A stretch of 64,000 bases of DNA, from positions 124,001-188,000 of the forward strand of contig NIVC01000449.1 in NCBI GenBank assembly GCA_002269645.1, read 5' to 3'. Of the stretch, positions 13,200 to 26,799 are shown piece by piece. The DNA comes from Macrostomum lignano (lineage: Eukaryota). The notes under the pieces are model-generated. The model saw only the letters and a program-made list of their open reading frames with translations. It was not told where the DNA came from and made no database searches. Within the stretch, counting starts at the first letter, position 1; each line of letters starts with the position of its first letter. A program made the translations under genes and the position numbers.

Positions 13200-15035
13200 C
13201 CTTTTAAATCACAGTTTGTAGTTAATCACTGCGTCTCGCGCTCTTCTCGGGTGTCTGCGCATTGCGATTGACTTGCCGTCGTCTGCTTCAGCGGGACCCG
13301 CGCTGGCTGGCGGCTGGCCGGCCGCTGCTTCAGGCGGATGCAGCGGCTGTGAAACCGGCCGGATGTGCACCAGGTGATGCATGCACAACTGTCCTTGCCG
13401 TTGCAGAGTGAATGTGTCGCCTTTGATGGACTCGACCACCCAGGGTTCCAGTTCGAACGGGGTGTGCAGCTTGGACTTGTTCTGTCGTCGAAGGACTCGG
13501 TCACCCGGCCGGATGCTGTGCTGTCGAACCCACTTGGTCTTGTCGAAGCTGGCCTTCATGTTGTCGTTGTAGCGGTTGTGCCGGTTCTTGATGTCACTGG
13601 TAGACCAGCTGGCTCGCCGTGATGGTCTGACCGATGGAATGACGTCGTTAACTCTGCGACCCATCAGAAGTTCAGCAGGCGCTTTGCCTGTGGCTCTGTG
13701 CGGCGTCACCCGGAATGCGAGGAGCCACTCATCCAGCGCCTCTTTCCAGCAGCGACCTTCAGCGATAGCGGCTCTGACAACTTTGTTCACTGAGCGATTG
13801 ACGCGTTCGGTGGCACCGTTGGCTTCAGGATGCAGCGGGCAGATGAGGCGGTGTTTGACGCCATACGAGGCCAGGAAAGCGCGGAACTCGTGCGAGCTGA
13901 AAGGCGGCCCGTTGTCTGTGATCAGCTCCAGCGGGACCCCGTGGCGGGCGAAGAGCTGTCATATATGAGGAATAACTGTTGCTGCTGATGTTGAGCTGAC
14001 GTAGTTGATTTCAGGATATTTAGAAAACAGGTCCGTCGTGACGAGAAGCATCTGTCCTTGGATGGGCCCATAGAAGTCCATTCCTAGTAGGAGCCAGGCC
14101 CCATCCGGGATCTTTGTAGGCCTCAGCGGCGCATGGTAGGTAGCGTGGGATGTGGCCTGACATGGCAGACAAGCTTTAACGAATGCCTCGCAGTCGGCTC
14201 AAACCCCTGGCCACCACACCTTGGTCTGCAGCCGCTGGAGTGTCCGCTCGGCGCTGAGATGTCCAGTGTGTGCCAGTGCTAAGACCTGCCGCCGCAGCGA
14301 TGAAGGCACGACGATCAAGTCACCGCGGAGTAGAACTCCGTCGCTTTCTGATAGCTCGTGCTCGATTCCTTTGAAGGTTCGCTGTGTACTGCTGTGCTGG
14401 TTCCAATGCTGCGTCTTGATGCCGGTGATGGCAGCCTGGATGTCCATGTCGCTTCCGGTAGCTGTTTTGAAGTCTTCTAGAGATAGACTGCGGGGGACAG
14501 CACTTTTGACAACTGCGTTGATGTAGGCGGCGTCCAGAGTTTCACCGATAGCACGAGACAGATCTGTTGGCATCGGCTGTCGGCTTAGAAGGTCCGACGG
14601 GTTCGATGCGCCGGGCCGGTATTTGAGCTTGAACTGAAGATGTTGGATGCGGAGCGCCATTCGCTCAATTCTCGGCGGCGGCCGTAAACCCGGCTTAAAA
14701 AGCGGGATCAGAGGCTTGTGATCTGTGACGATGGTAAAATTCGAATTGCCAGCCAAGTAGAAGTCAAACTTAAGGCAGCCGAATTTTACGGCCAAAGCCT
14801 CGCGCTCTATTTGTGAGTAGTGCTGCTCAACTGGAGTTAGAGTTCGACTGGCGTAGGCGACAGGCCTGACGGTGCCATTTGGCTGCTTCTGGCTGAGAAT
14901 TGCGCCCAGTCCGATTGGTGAAGCATCGACAACAAGTTCTGTGGACCGATTGCAATCAAAGAAGGCCAGCGTTTCTGGCTTGCTGATTGCACTTTTCAAC
15001 GCGTTGAAGGCCTCTGCATGCTGAGTCGTCTATTC
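13200..15035 (-). mobile_element. Ty3/Gypsy pol fragment (RNase H + integrase), 5'-truncated, no LTR seen
   Basis: RNase H: VVDASPIGLGAILSQ..VAYASRTL..YSQIEREALAV..TDHKPL. Integrase: HTGH..CLPC, GMDFYGP, ITDNGPPF, NGATERVN. In-frame TGA stops at 14199-14201 and near 13960. Confidence 0.92.
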
Positions 15036-15239
15036 CCTGAGTACGTTGATTATGTATGCCAAAGACTTAGGTGGCCATTTTGTATGCTGGAAAAGTTCCA
15101 GCGTACATGCATATTATCTGCAACCTGGTATTTGAGAAAAGGTCTTAAAAATATAGAATATTCATCATGAAGCAAATAGATTACTTGTGTTAGCAATTTT
15201 CTCACCAGACAAATAACAACTGCCTTTTTAATAAATTGT

Positions 15240-15520
15240 AGGCCTTATACATGCCAACCCCACTGATTTACACTGGCCATGCAACTTACTTTTTGACCAA
15301 AAATGTGACTTACCTGCAAAAGAAACCTTAAAGCAAAATAACACAATTATGGGTAAATAGCAGGAGTAACTATAATTGTCTTGAGAGGGCTAAATGCCTT
15401 GTCATCTAGTTAGTATTATGTCTGTTTTTGGGGTAGGCATTATGCAATTTTACCTTGGTTGGCTGCCAAATCAGTTGGCCGGATTGGCCAACTTGGCCAA
15501 CTGTTGCACATGTATGTTGC
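15240..15520 (+). repeat. Unclassified dispersed repeat, copy 2
   Basis: Shares CATGCAACTTA..GGTAAAT(A/G)GCAGGAGTAACTAT..GGCTAAATGCCTT..CCTTGGTTGGC with 17625-17920. Confidence 0.7.
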
Positions 15521-15879
15521 CAGATAATCTGTTATTAGATTGTCCTATTGCCAGATTAATTGAATACTGACAGCATTTGTGAGACATGGCTATCGGCAGT
15601 TTTCTAAATCCTAAACCTAAAACTTAGTAAAATGCAACTAGTAAGGACCAATAAATTGTCCTAAAATTTGTGAGCTTTATATGTGATATGATATACATGC
15701 CTTTATTTAGGCTAATCAAAGTGCTATATCAAATGTAGTATTTTGTAACATATTATCAAATATATTATATAGACTAAATTAAAACCTAGACAAACTTAGA
15801 TAGGTTTTTGTTGAGCTTAGTCCACACTCTGGAATATGTATTATATGCCTGGAAAATTTGGGATCCTTGCAAAAGTTGC

Positions 15880-16830
15880 CATAGTTGGTCGCAATTGCAG
15901 TTGCCTAGATTGCTATACATGATACTAGTAAGCCAAGTTCCATGAACCAGAGCCTGTCTATGAACACATGGTAATTCATGTGTAAGAGTTTGCAGCACAG
16001 TTTGGCCATAGTTTATTCACTAACAAAGAGGCTGCCACACTTGAGTCCTAGTCCAAACTATGCAGTCATATGCTCCGTGGAATAAACTGCAGAATTCCAC
16101 AAGTAGCCAGTCTCCAACTCAACAGGCAATATAGCTTGATATCACACCTGCTTGAATAGCAGATGCCCCTTGTACAGGACAAGTGTTTTATCCATGGAAA
16201 TGTGCTGATGTGACATAGTTGTTGTTATAAACCTGCTGCAGCTAGTGTAAGAATGGCTAGATTTTGGCCAAGGGCCCATCCTAGACATTGTGCAGTTGTA
16301 GAAACAAAGGCAAGAAAGTAGCTACTTGAATCTATGTCTCAAGAGGGCATAGGGCATAGACAGAAAGGAGAAATAGAAAACAGGGTCTTGGATCCACTAG
16401 CTGCTGATCTCTGGCTTTTTGTCCAAGCCTATCAATAGAATAATTTCAAATAGCTTCCTTATTTCATTATCTGTACAATCTTTCCAGTTCTTTACTAGCT
16501 TTGGCAACTGCTCTCCATCAGTGCATTCCTTGAATATTTTCTAGGCTCTACAATTTGTCTAGGTCTTTAAGCTTGCAATAATTCCATCAGTGAGATAGAC
16601 CAAGAAACTCCTTTTTGTTTCCATTAGCTGAGGCTAGAGACCTCCAATTTGGGCAAACCTCTGATGTTCCCAGAAACTCGGCTTCATCCAACATAGCATC
16701 CGTTCCAGCCAGAACCAACTGCCAATCTAGTATATCACCAACTTCTTCTGTCTGCATGCTTTCTTCTTTGCCTTCTTCCCCCAGAAACTTGTATTCAATT
16801 CTATCTAGCAACTCCAGCAAGTTGTTATTA
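15880..16830 (-). pseudogene. Degraded piggyBac-type (DDE_Tnp_1_7) transposase remnant
   Basis: Manual minus-strand translation across frameshifts and stops: WKDCTDNEIRKLFEIILLIGLDKKPEI (~16490-16410), DGPLAKI*PFL, ISMDKTLVLYKGHLLFKQ (~16200-16150), IKLYCL..ETGYLWN, YHVFID (~15975-15957). Motifs are in piggyBac order. Confidence 0.7.
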
Positions 16831-17624
16831 GTCTATATATGTCTGTGTATTCATTATATTCATTATAAATATATTTAAAATAAATTATACTAGTGGGAGG
16901 GAAATATAATAGAATGAGAAGCTGGAACTTGCAACTAAAAAAGCAAGGTTGAAAAGCCAATCAGAAGGCAGAGAGGGAAATACATGACAAATAATAAGAT
17001 TGAACTAGACTAAAAAAGAGAAAAGAGTAAACAGAAACAAGTGCAGATGAACTAAAGAAATGCAACAGAGAGAAACTATAGTGGGAAAGGGGGTGCTACA
17101 GCAGTAACTTAAAGGACTATCCAATAGTCTATGTCCAAATTTCAGGATAGCCATTGGCAACAAGGGTGATGCTAAGCCCTACCTATCACGTAGAGGTTAA
17201 GCAAAAAGACTAGTTCCTAAAAATTAATAGATATATAAAGTGAATTTTTTTCAACTTTTCAAGAAATGTATGCCATTTTAGTGATGGGTTTAGATATTGT
17301 ATTTTGATAACAAGTTTGTACTTGTTGATGCCTCACTTGAATCAATGACATCATCATAAATTGTATATAATTATAAGATTTCTTTGAGCAAGTGCAATTT
17401 GCCTTTTAGCTAACATATTTCTTTCTTTAGCTAACATATAGCTTTTTATTTAAAAGTATTTCTCATGGTTTGTTTTGTTTTTCTTAAATTAATTTAAATT
17501 GGTAAATTTTTGACTATGTATGTATATTACTACATTGTACTGAATATTATGTACATATACATGTATAGATGCTTTGTTAAAATAATGTAGTGACTAAAAC
17601 TATTTGTAATTGTATTTGTGCACA

Positions 17625-17920
17625 TACATGCACAACCTCCAAAATTCAGTCGGCCATGCAACTTAGTTTTAACAAAAAATGCAATGTAGTTTTTGGCCAA
17701 AAATGCAACTTACTTCTAAAAGAAACTAAAGCAAAATTAATGTAATTTTGGGTAAATGGCAGGAGTAACTATTATTGTCCTATTAAGGCTAAATGCCTTA
17801 TCATCTAATTAGTACTATATCTGTATTCCTTCTAGTGGGGGGCATTTTTGCAACTTACCTTGGTTGGCCGCCAAAGTGGTCAGCCAGATTGGCTGACTTG
17901 GACAACTGTTGCATATGTAT
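17625..17920 (+). repeat. Unclassified dispersed repeat, copy 3
   Basis: See copies at 5530-5795 (-) and 15240-15520 (+). Confidence 0.7.
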
Positions 17921-18699
17921 ATTTGTGCATTTATATATAGTATTTGTAAATTTATATGTTGTATTAAATTGGATTATGTTGCTTATAATAAAGAACAAAA
18001 GTCTTTAGTATACATTATACACTAGCATACACTAGTATACATTTAGATAATAATTTTAAATTAAAAATTTTTAAGTTTTTCAAGTATAAAGTTAGAAAAT
18101 TTCCTTCAAACAATTGTATATACAAGCAGTGATATCAACTGATTTGATTAAGGCTATCAACAACTACACAAAATTTGACTCTGAAGCATCTGAACTTGTC
18201 ATTAAAGTATCTTAACTTGTCACTAAAATGTATTGTCACCAATCTAACTAGTAACTGTGCACAATCCTGATACTAATATATATTAGTAGTTTATTAGTAG
18301 TATACCAGTAGTTTAATGTAGTTTAATTTTTTATATAATAGTAGCTAACTAGTATAGAAAGTTCCCAAATGCATTACATAAATACTTTTTTTACAAAAAC
18401 CCATCTAGATAAAAGTTAAAAGTGTAGCATTCCTTCAATAGATGGTATAGAAACAAACTTTTCAATAGACCTATATCCTTTTAATCAAATTGGTATTAAA
18501 TAGATAGGTCTTTGTGATCCATAAAATTCAAATGATAGTTTACAATAATATGAATCTAGGGCTAATTATAAGCTTGGTAACCTTGGTTAAAATCTGGTAT
18601 TTTAATTATTTCTAGTATATAATAAGAAAAAAGAGAGTCCATCCAAATTGAAGCATATGCATAACAATCTTTATATACCTGAGTATAGACATAATATAT

Positions 18700-19420
18700 T
18701 GATAGCCAGTTTGACATTGACATTGCATTGCCAGTTTGATAGACATGCATGCTAGTTGCAAAGTAGCAATATTTAGCTAGCCATTTAACTATAGACCAAT
18801 TGTCATATAGCTCACTAGCTAGTTCAAAAAAGGATATAATCCTAGTCTATAAGATACCTATTAGCCATTCTAAAGTCAATTGAGTCTATTGAAAAGAGCA
18901 GCTATTGAATACATATCTTAAAATTAAAATGGAATCTTTAGCTTATTCTTGCATTTACCATAAAGTAGAGTTTGACTATAAATATATCCATTTGCCACAT
19001 TAACCATAAAACATCAAGTATTAAGTATGCTTCCTTTGCCAAATGATTTAATTTACTGAGTAACAATATCATATAAAGGGAAATCATTTATCACCTATGA
19101 AATCATTCACTAACTTTCAAATGCATAAATATATTAGAAATATAAATTGCTTTAAATAGATTTTTTCTATTTCAGTTAAGCTTAATTTAGGGTTTGGTTA
19201 CTGGTAGATTATGCACAAATAGCAAGATATTCAGCTAAAATTCTATATACTAGCATAAAATATAGCAATCAATAATGTATGAATTTTTTTTGTTTCGGTA
19301 CAACTTAGCCTTATCTTTAAGTGAAATTGCCAATATTTATTAAATATTGGGCATCTTATTTAATGAGTGATAAAACAAAATTCATGCACACTTTACTTTC
19401 TTGAGTTGTACAAGTATGAT
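18700..19420 (-). pseudogene. Possible second, heavily degraded piggyBac transposase remnant
   Basis: Fragments in the expected order: KMPNI..YWQ, LNILLFVHN, FMVNVANGYIYSQTLLYGK, MHVY. Many stops and frameshifts in AT-rich sequence. Confidence 0.35.
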
Positions 19421-19959
19421 GAAGTTGTTTAACAAGATTAGAATTTAACAAGTTCAAAACCTAAAATATATTGTGAAAAACAATTGAATCTCTTATTAAC
19501 TACATCTTAGAAGCACAAATTTTTTGAAAATCTAAGTTTTCAGTTACTATCAGAGATTGATGCTTTAATAAACTCAACATTTAATACCAGAAGTCTTATA
19601 TTATAAGATTATAAATAAAATATTTGCAGTAGGGCTGTGATCTCATAGACAGTGGGAAACACTCATGGTTTAGGATTTGGCCCTTGGGAGTCTGAATTGC
19701 AGGGGCACAATTCCAGATTGTTGACACCTCGCACAGAATCGAACCAGGGGCTGTGGTGTGAGAGTCAGAAGGGTGGCAACAAAGAAAAAATGAAGAAATG
19801 GATAAACTACCTGTAGGTTCTAACTTTCTACAGCCACTATTTAGAGCATTTGATGTTCAAAGTAAAGAACATCCTCCCTGAAAATCAGCTATCTTAGTCT
19901 AAGATATCAGATCCCCTATGAGCCACAGGATTTCAGGCCAATTCCCATATATGATTTAA

Positions 19960-20198
19960 TAATAGTAATAATCATAATGCGGCACATCTAAAGGCTGCGT
20001 ATGGCTGTTCAGTCATAGAACTGGGGGGGGGGGTGCCACACACCTTCAATTACCCCAGCTAATGCTGGCACCCCATTTTACAGCTTGGTGAACTGAGGCA
20101 ATGCAGAGTTAAGTGTTTTCTGCTGAATGCTGAAGGATCGGGAATCGAACCTCCGACCTTCAAGTCGTGAGTCAGACGCTGTAACTACTAAGTACTAA
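19960..20198 (-). mobile_element. tRNA-derived SINE with CORE-like central domain
   Basis: Minus strand: tRNA-like head with B box GGTTCGATTCCC (~20150-20139), central TGCCTCAGTTCACCAAGCTGTAAAATGGGG resembling the CORE-SINE domain, and an (ATT)n-like tail near 19960-19978. Confidence 0.7.
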
Positions 20199-20231
20199 AA
20201 CAATTTCTTTTAATTTTCAATTTCTGCGGCA

Positions 20232-23200
20232 ATGCCAAAGGAAGCGCTGAATCCAGGTGACAAAATATTTGCCAAAGTCAAAGGCTATCCACACTGGCCT
20301 TGCCGCATTAATCCCTTGCCACCCGGAGTTAAAATCCCATCGGGAAAATATCCCATTTTCTTCTACGGCACTCACGAAGTCTACTTTCTGCCTCGGAAAG
20401 AGATTTTTCCATTCGACAAATTTCGCACCAAATTTGGTTCAGCAAAACGACCGGCTCACTACAATGAGGGCCTGGTTGAGATTGTCCAGCGCCCGGACAC
20501 GCTGCTCTATGGCCGAGATCCCAAGGCCGAGCCGTTTCTTGCTCAGTTCTACAAGTTCCAACGTAGCGAAGGCGAGGCTGGCAGTGCTGCGTACACTCCT
20601 GACCCGCCTGTGGTTGTACCGCCGGGGTTCGAGCACATCAACAGCCTGATTGACGGTGTCCCGGCTGGCACAGCTGATGGCAACTTGGCGAGTCAGGCTG
20701 CCGCAGGGACTGCTCAGTTTGGTGAGGCTTTGGTTCATCTGAATCTGTTTTTATTTGGCTTTTTAACTCCCGGCTCTGTAGTAATCATATCTATAACAAT
20801 CGCGATTTCTAAGAAGTGTTTCTTAGAAATTGCTCTCAAGTGTTTTTTAAAAATTGCTCTCAAGTGTTTTTTAGCAATTGCTCTCAAGTCTTAGAAAATT
20901 TCTTAGAAATTGTCCTCTGATTTTTCTTAGAAATTGCCCTCTGATGTTTCTTAGAAATTGCTCTCTGGTGTTTCTTAGAATTTGCCCTCTGGTGTTTCTT
21001 AGAAATTGCTTTCCGGTGTTTCTTAGAAATTGCTTTCGGGTGTTTCTTAGAAATTGCCCTCTGATGTTTCTTAGAAATTGCCCTCTGATGTTTCTTAGAA
21101 ATCACCCTACGATGTTTCTTAGAAATCGCCCTTTAAATCGTTTTTATGATTATGAATTAGCTTTTATTATTTATTTAAAAAATCTGTTTAATATTTTTTA
21201 GAAATCGTCCTATTATTATTATTTTAAAGAATTGCCATTTGATCATTCATACAAATTACCATTTTTTCAATTCTTAAAAATCGTCTTTTAAGTATTCTAA
21301 GAAATCACCCTACAATGAATCAGCCATTCATAAGAATACACTGATTTCCAAACGGCTATGTTTGCAGTTTAATAAGATATTTATGACTCGCCCACCCCGC
21401 CCTACCCCTCTCCACAGTTGGCAGCAAAACAGCAGACGCATCAGCTCAATCGGACAGCTCAGAAGACGCTCCGTTGCGCAGTTTAAAACTAAAAATCACT
21501 CTGCCACCGAAGCCTCAGCCAGAGACGCCGGAAACAGCTAAAGCACCAGCTGCGGCAAGCAAGCCCAAAGAAAAACAACAGCAGCGAACTAAACGAAAGT
21601 CAGTTTCAGCAGCAACAGCATCAGAACCTAAAAAGCAACAACAAAAATTGTCTTTAAAAAGAAAACGCGACAGCAGCAGTAGCGAGCATCGCAAGCAATC
21701 AAGTTCTACAGTAAAAAAATCTGGATTGAAAAAGCAGAAAAAGCAGCACAATGCAACTGCTTCTAGTTCCGTGTCCTCGCTGTCAACCAGTGAAGATGAT
21801 AACAGTAGCAGCAGTGATAGCAAGGACTCGGATAGTCCGCAGTTCAGTCAGGCAAAACGTGCTGCAGACGCTGGCAGCGACACTGTGAAAGAACAACCAG
21901 TCGCAACAGCATCGCATGTTGTTACACCGCAGCAGCGAAAGCAGCCTCCTCCACAGCTGGCGTCTTCTTCTTTCACTGACAATTCTTTGTCGCCTCCGTT
22001 GGATAAAAATCGAATCAACTCGATGGGCCGGCCGATGCGGGCCTCAGCTCAACGCTTCGATGTTAAACGCCTGTTAAAAGAAGATAAAGAGCAAGCAGAT
22101 GTTAATACTACTACTGGTAGTACTAGTACTACTACTACTACTAGTAACAATCCAAATATAAGTAGTAGCAGTAGTAAACGAACTGACATAGCTCCGAAAC
22201 AGCTCGCTCTCAGCGATCAGGATGACGATTCTGATAGTGATGATGAAGACTTCGATTTTGAAGCTGCGAAGAAGTCGAAAGATCGACAGTTGCCTTCGGT
22301 ACAACAGAAGAAGCCTTCCAAACCGGCTCAGCAGCAGCCACCTCCGCCTCCACCTCCTCCGCCCCCGCCTCCCCAGCCAAGCCTTGAAGAGCGCAAAGAG
22401 AAGCTGAAACAAGAGAAACTTGAAGAGAAAATCAAACAGAAAAAGTTGGAAAAGATTCGCCAATTGGAACTGGAAGCCAAATTAAGAATGATGAATTCCG
22501 ATATCAAACAGTCGCTGATACGCGGCAGAGAGGACTTCAGTCGGTGTCTGGCGGTGCTAACTGAAATGCAAAGCCTCGACATCAAACTGATGATGCTGGC
22601 CAAGTACCCGGATCTCACCATCACAGTTCGCAAATGCCGCAAATACAAGCTGTCAGAGAAAGTTCGAAATGCTGCACAGAAATTGTTTGAAAAATTTGCC
22701 AATCTGTTTCAATCGGCTGCAAAAGAAGAAGTGTTCAGAGCTGAGGTGGAATTTCTTAAGTACCGCGAGACCTGCTCGCATGCGTCCGATGTGCCGCTCA
22801 CGTCTATTCAGGACATGTTCACCTCCAGGCCCATTGTTAAAGTGCAGCGGCCTCAGCAGACTGCCCAGCAACAGCAGCAGAGCAAGCAACAGAACCCACA
22901 GAAATTGTCTTCTTCAGCAGCCTCCGCTGCCGCCTCATCCTCCGATCACGATCACGAGGTCACTTCCTCGACTCAGTCGAATAACTTCTACGAATCCAAT
23001 GCAAAGATTTCCTCAGTAGCTGAGGAACCAATTTCTGCTACTAGCAGCTGCAGCAGATCCTCGGCTCTGTTCGCTGCTCCTGTCGCTTCTGAGTCGCCGT
23101 CGACTCAAGCGACGTCAATGGCATCAACAACCAGTGCCGCTGTGACGCCATCGGTCACGGTGACCGTGTCCACCCAGCCAGACACAGACTATCAGCAACT

Positions 23201-23495
23201 GTTCGAACTGGACTCTCTAGAGGTGTTGGACACCTATGCGGAGGATGAACTAAACGAACCCGAGTCTATGGTTATTGATAATGACTCTCTTGAGCCTACG
23301 AATAATCCAACTACCGATTCGCCTGGCAACTTGGAGAGTCGTCTGCGCGACCTGATGGGCATCAATGTTGTCAGGCAGCCGCAGCACCAACAGCAGCCGA
23401 TGAGGCACAGAGCTCAGTACCAGCAGCAGCAGCAGCAGCAGCAGCATGCTCTGTCTGAGGATGACCATCGCATTCACGATTTGTTGGGCATTTGA
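20232..23495 (+). CDS. PSIP1/HDGFL2: PWWP + LEDGF/IBD domain protein (LEDGF/p75-HRP2 family), exons 20232-20721 and 21418-23495, ~855 aa
   Basis: PWWP: PGDKIFAKVKGYPHWPCRI..YPIFFYGTHE. IBD: LRMMNSDIKQSL..DFSRCLAVLTEMQSL..TVRKCRKYKLSEKVRNAAQKLFEKFANLF. Donor TTTG|GTGAGG and acceptor CCACAG|TT are phase 1 and join in frame. The first few codons could come from an upstream exon. Confidence 0.9.
20810..21150. repeat. 24-bp minisatellite in the PWWP-gene intron
   Basis: Unit ~TGTTTCTTAGAAATTGCCCTCTGA. Confidence 0.9.
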
Positions 23496-23682
23496 GACAA
23501 TTGATAGGTTGATTATTCTCTGTGCGCGTGCTTGTCTGTCTGTCTGGCTCGACTTTATATTTTCTCGGTTAATCCCAATTAATATTAAAGTGTAAAATTA
23601 TTTTTATGTCTTACTACTTAGAAATTCGTTGTTACAACTATTATTCTTCCATCAGGTTATTCTGCATTCACGGATTATTTCT

Positions 23683-23784
23683 TCTGTCTGTCTGTCTGTC
23701 TATCTGTCTGTCTGTCTGTCTGTATGTCTGTCTGTCTGTCTGTCTGTATGTATGTATGTCTGTCTGTCTGTCTGTATGTATGTA

Positions 23785-23831
<47 letters not shown>

Positions 23832-23850
23832 ATGTCTGTCTGTCTGTCTT

Positions 23851-23907
<57 letters not shown>

Positions 23908-23952
23908 ATGTCTGTCTGTCTGTCTGTATGTATGTATGTCTGTCTGTATGTA

Positions 23953-23999
<47 letters not shown>

Positions 24000-24000
24000 A

Positions 24001-24039
<39 letters not shown>

Positions 24040-24058
24040 ATGTCTGTCTGTCTGTCTT

Positions 24059-24119
<61 letters not shown>

Positions 24120-24120
24120 G

Positions 24121-24155
<35 letters not shown>

Positions 24156-24156
24156 G

Positions 24157-24187
<31 letters not shown>

Positions 24188-24335
24188 ATGTCTGTCTGTC
24201 TGTCTGTCTGTTTGACTGTCTGTCTGTTTGACTGTCTGTCCTTCTGTATGTATGTATGTCTGTCTTTCTGTCTGTCTGTCTGGCTGTCCTTCTGTATGTA
24301 TGTATGTCTGTCTGTCTGTCGTCTGTCTGTCTGTC
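23683..24335. repeat. (TGTC)n/(TATG)n microsatellite
   Basis: Direct reading; source of the SVCL/TDRQ pseudo-ORFs. Confidence 0.97.
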
Positions 24336-25148
24336 TCAACCCAACAGTTCAACCATTGCAATTCAGCCTATGACTATTATAATACCCCAATATTGGTTGT
24401 CCCGAACCCGATTTGTGGGTTAATGATAATCAAGTTGAATTGATAATCTCCAATGAAATTCTCACTTAAAAATTGAAGATCGAGTTACTTATGTTAATGT
24501 GTTAAAACAGTTTTCTCAATTAATCATGGCTTTGATGTTAAGGACAGCCGATTTGTTGCAAAACTATTTCAATTGTTATTCGGTTTGCTGTTGAGAGCAT
24601 GTAAATAAGCTGTGGTGTTGGATTACAACAAGCAAATGATTAATTTATCACCTGTCAATTATCATAGCATATTCTGAATCGTTAGCTGCACGAAGTAAGT
24701 TGCTAATTTTAGATAGAAAAATAATAATTCCTACTTTCTACCCTACTTTTGATGGGCGTTAGTAGTGTAGTTTGATTGCTTTTCCTATTTTTGGTGTGAA
24801 ATAAAATAAAAAGTTCAAAAACTTGCGCTTGAAGTTAAATTGAGTTGAGTTAAATTTCTTAGCAACTCTAGTTCATTTCAAATCGGTGTTCAATTCCCAT
24901 TGTTTGATACGGCTCAACCGCCTGTCGGCTTTTCATTAAAATTATTACCAACTATAATAAATGGAAATGATCCTTCAAAACATAATGGCAACTGTGGTTT
25001 GCCAATTATATCTTTTATTTATCTATATTGTTATGTGCAGACAGAAATTTCTTTTTTTGCTTTTCTAGTTTTTAGTCATTTTCAAAATCTTTTTTGTTAC
25101 CTTTTTAAGAATTGAGTCGGAGTTGTAAAGTCAAATATTAAGTGTCTG

Positions 25149-26070
25149 TGAGGTCATAGCGATCAACTGAAGTCAGCTATGGGTCATCATCAGGTGTCAA
25201 TGAGGTCATAGCGATCAACTGAAGTCAGCTATGGGTCATCATCAGCCGTCAATGAGGTCATAGCGATCAACTGAAGTCAGGTATGTGTCATCAGCCGTCA
25301 ATGAGGTCATAGCGATCAACTGAAGTCAGCTATGGGTCATTATCAGGTGTCAATGAGGTCATAGCGATCAACTGAAGTCAGCTATGGGTCATCATCAGGT
25401 GTCAATGAGGTCATAGCGATCAACTGAAGTCAGCTATGGGTCATCAGCCGTCAATGAGGTCATAGCGATCAAATGAAGTCAACTATGGGTCATCATCAGG
25501 TGTCAGTTGAGGTCATAGCGATCAAATGAAGTCAACTATGGGTCATCATCAGGTGTCAATGAGGTCATAGCGATTAACTGAAGTCAGCTATGGGTCATCA
25601 TCAGGTGTCAATGAGGTCATAGCGATCAACTGAAGTCAGCTATGGGTCATCATCAGGTGTCAATGAGGTCATAGTGATCAACTGAAGTCAGCTATGGGTC
25701 ATCATCGGGTGTAAATGAGGTCATAGTGATCAACTGAAGTCAACTATGGGTCATCATCGGGTGTAAATGAGGTCATAGTGATCAACTGAAGTCAGCTATG
25801 GGTCATCATCAGGTGTCAATGAGGTCATAGCGATCAACTGAAGTCAGCTATGGGTCATCATCAGGTGTCAATGAGGTCATAGCGATCAACTGAAGTCAGC
25901 TATGGGTCATCATCAGGTGTCAATGAGGTCATAGCGATCAACTGAAGTCAACTATGGGTCATCATCAGGTGTCAATGAGGTCATAGCGATCAACTGAAGT
26001 CAACTATGGGTCATCATCAGGTGTCAATGAGGTCATAGCGATTAACTGAAGTCTGCTATGGGTCATCGTC
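25149..26070. repeat. 52-bp tandem repeat, ~18 copies
   Basis: Unit TGAGGTCATAGCGATCAACTGAAGTCAGCTATGGGTCATCATCAGGTGTCAA; starts at 25149 and 25201. Confidence 0.95.
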
Positions 26071-26799
26071 TAGGTTTGAGGATGAAGTCATCAGGTCAAC
26101 TGAGGTCAACAACAACGATAAGGGTAAAGTGAAGTCAGCCAATTGTCATATATGCATGTTACTGATGAGGTCAATTGATCCTACTGCAAAAGGATAAAAC
26201 TGGAATTTCCACATACGCAGTCACGTACACAGGCAGCCCCTTTAGTTGCTAGAATAATATACATAAAGAATCCTCGCTAAATTTAGGATATTTATATTGT
26301 TTTTACAACTACAGCTGCAGTGTGTCTTTGAATATAGCTGCACATTAGACAGGTGACCTTTTTTTTCGCGAGTGTGTGTGAAACCCAGATTTGCTTCATC
26401 AGAACACACAGAGGTGGATCAGTCAGACTCCTGATCTGGGAAACTTTCGTTTTCATGCAAAACAGAAAGTCCCTATATACAGATTCATTTGATGCTGTAC
26501 AATTACCCGCTCGCTCTACTAAAAAATGACAATTCTGCCTACAATTGGATTGACAATTGGGCTCTCGTAATATTATGTAGTTTTATGTATGCAGCATGCA
26601 GAGCCATTCCAGTTCTGTACTAATTGAGAGCGTGTCCTAGCTAGTTAACTTGATGAAGATTTATTAATACTGGGGTATCCACTAGTAATACTGGCCATGC
26701 CGACGCCTGGGCTGTGGACTTTATTTTTGAATAATTGGCTCTGCTGCGCCTGCTTTTAGTGTAAATCATTAGACTGCTGTTCGCTTGTGTGCTTTTCTC

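Noticed and set aside
13200-23495. Functional link between the Gypsy integrase and the neighbouring LEDGF/IBD gene
   Set aside because: The Gypsy copy is truncated and dead; proximity alone is not evidence in repeat-dense DNA.
25149-26070. CRISPR-like array (also considered for the other regular arrays)
   Set aside because: Head-to-tail repeats with no unique spacers, eukaryotic context, no cas genes.
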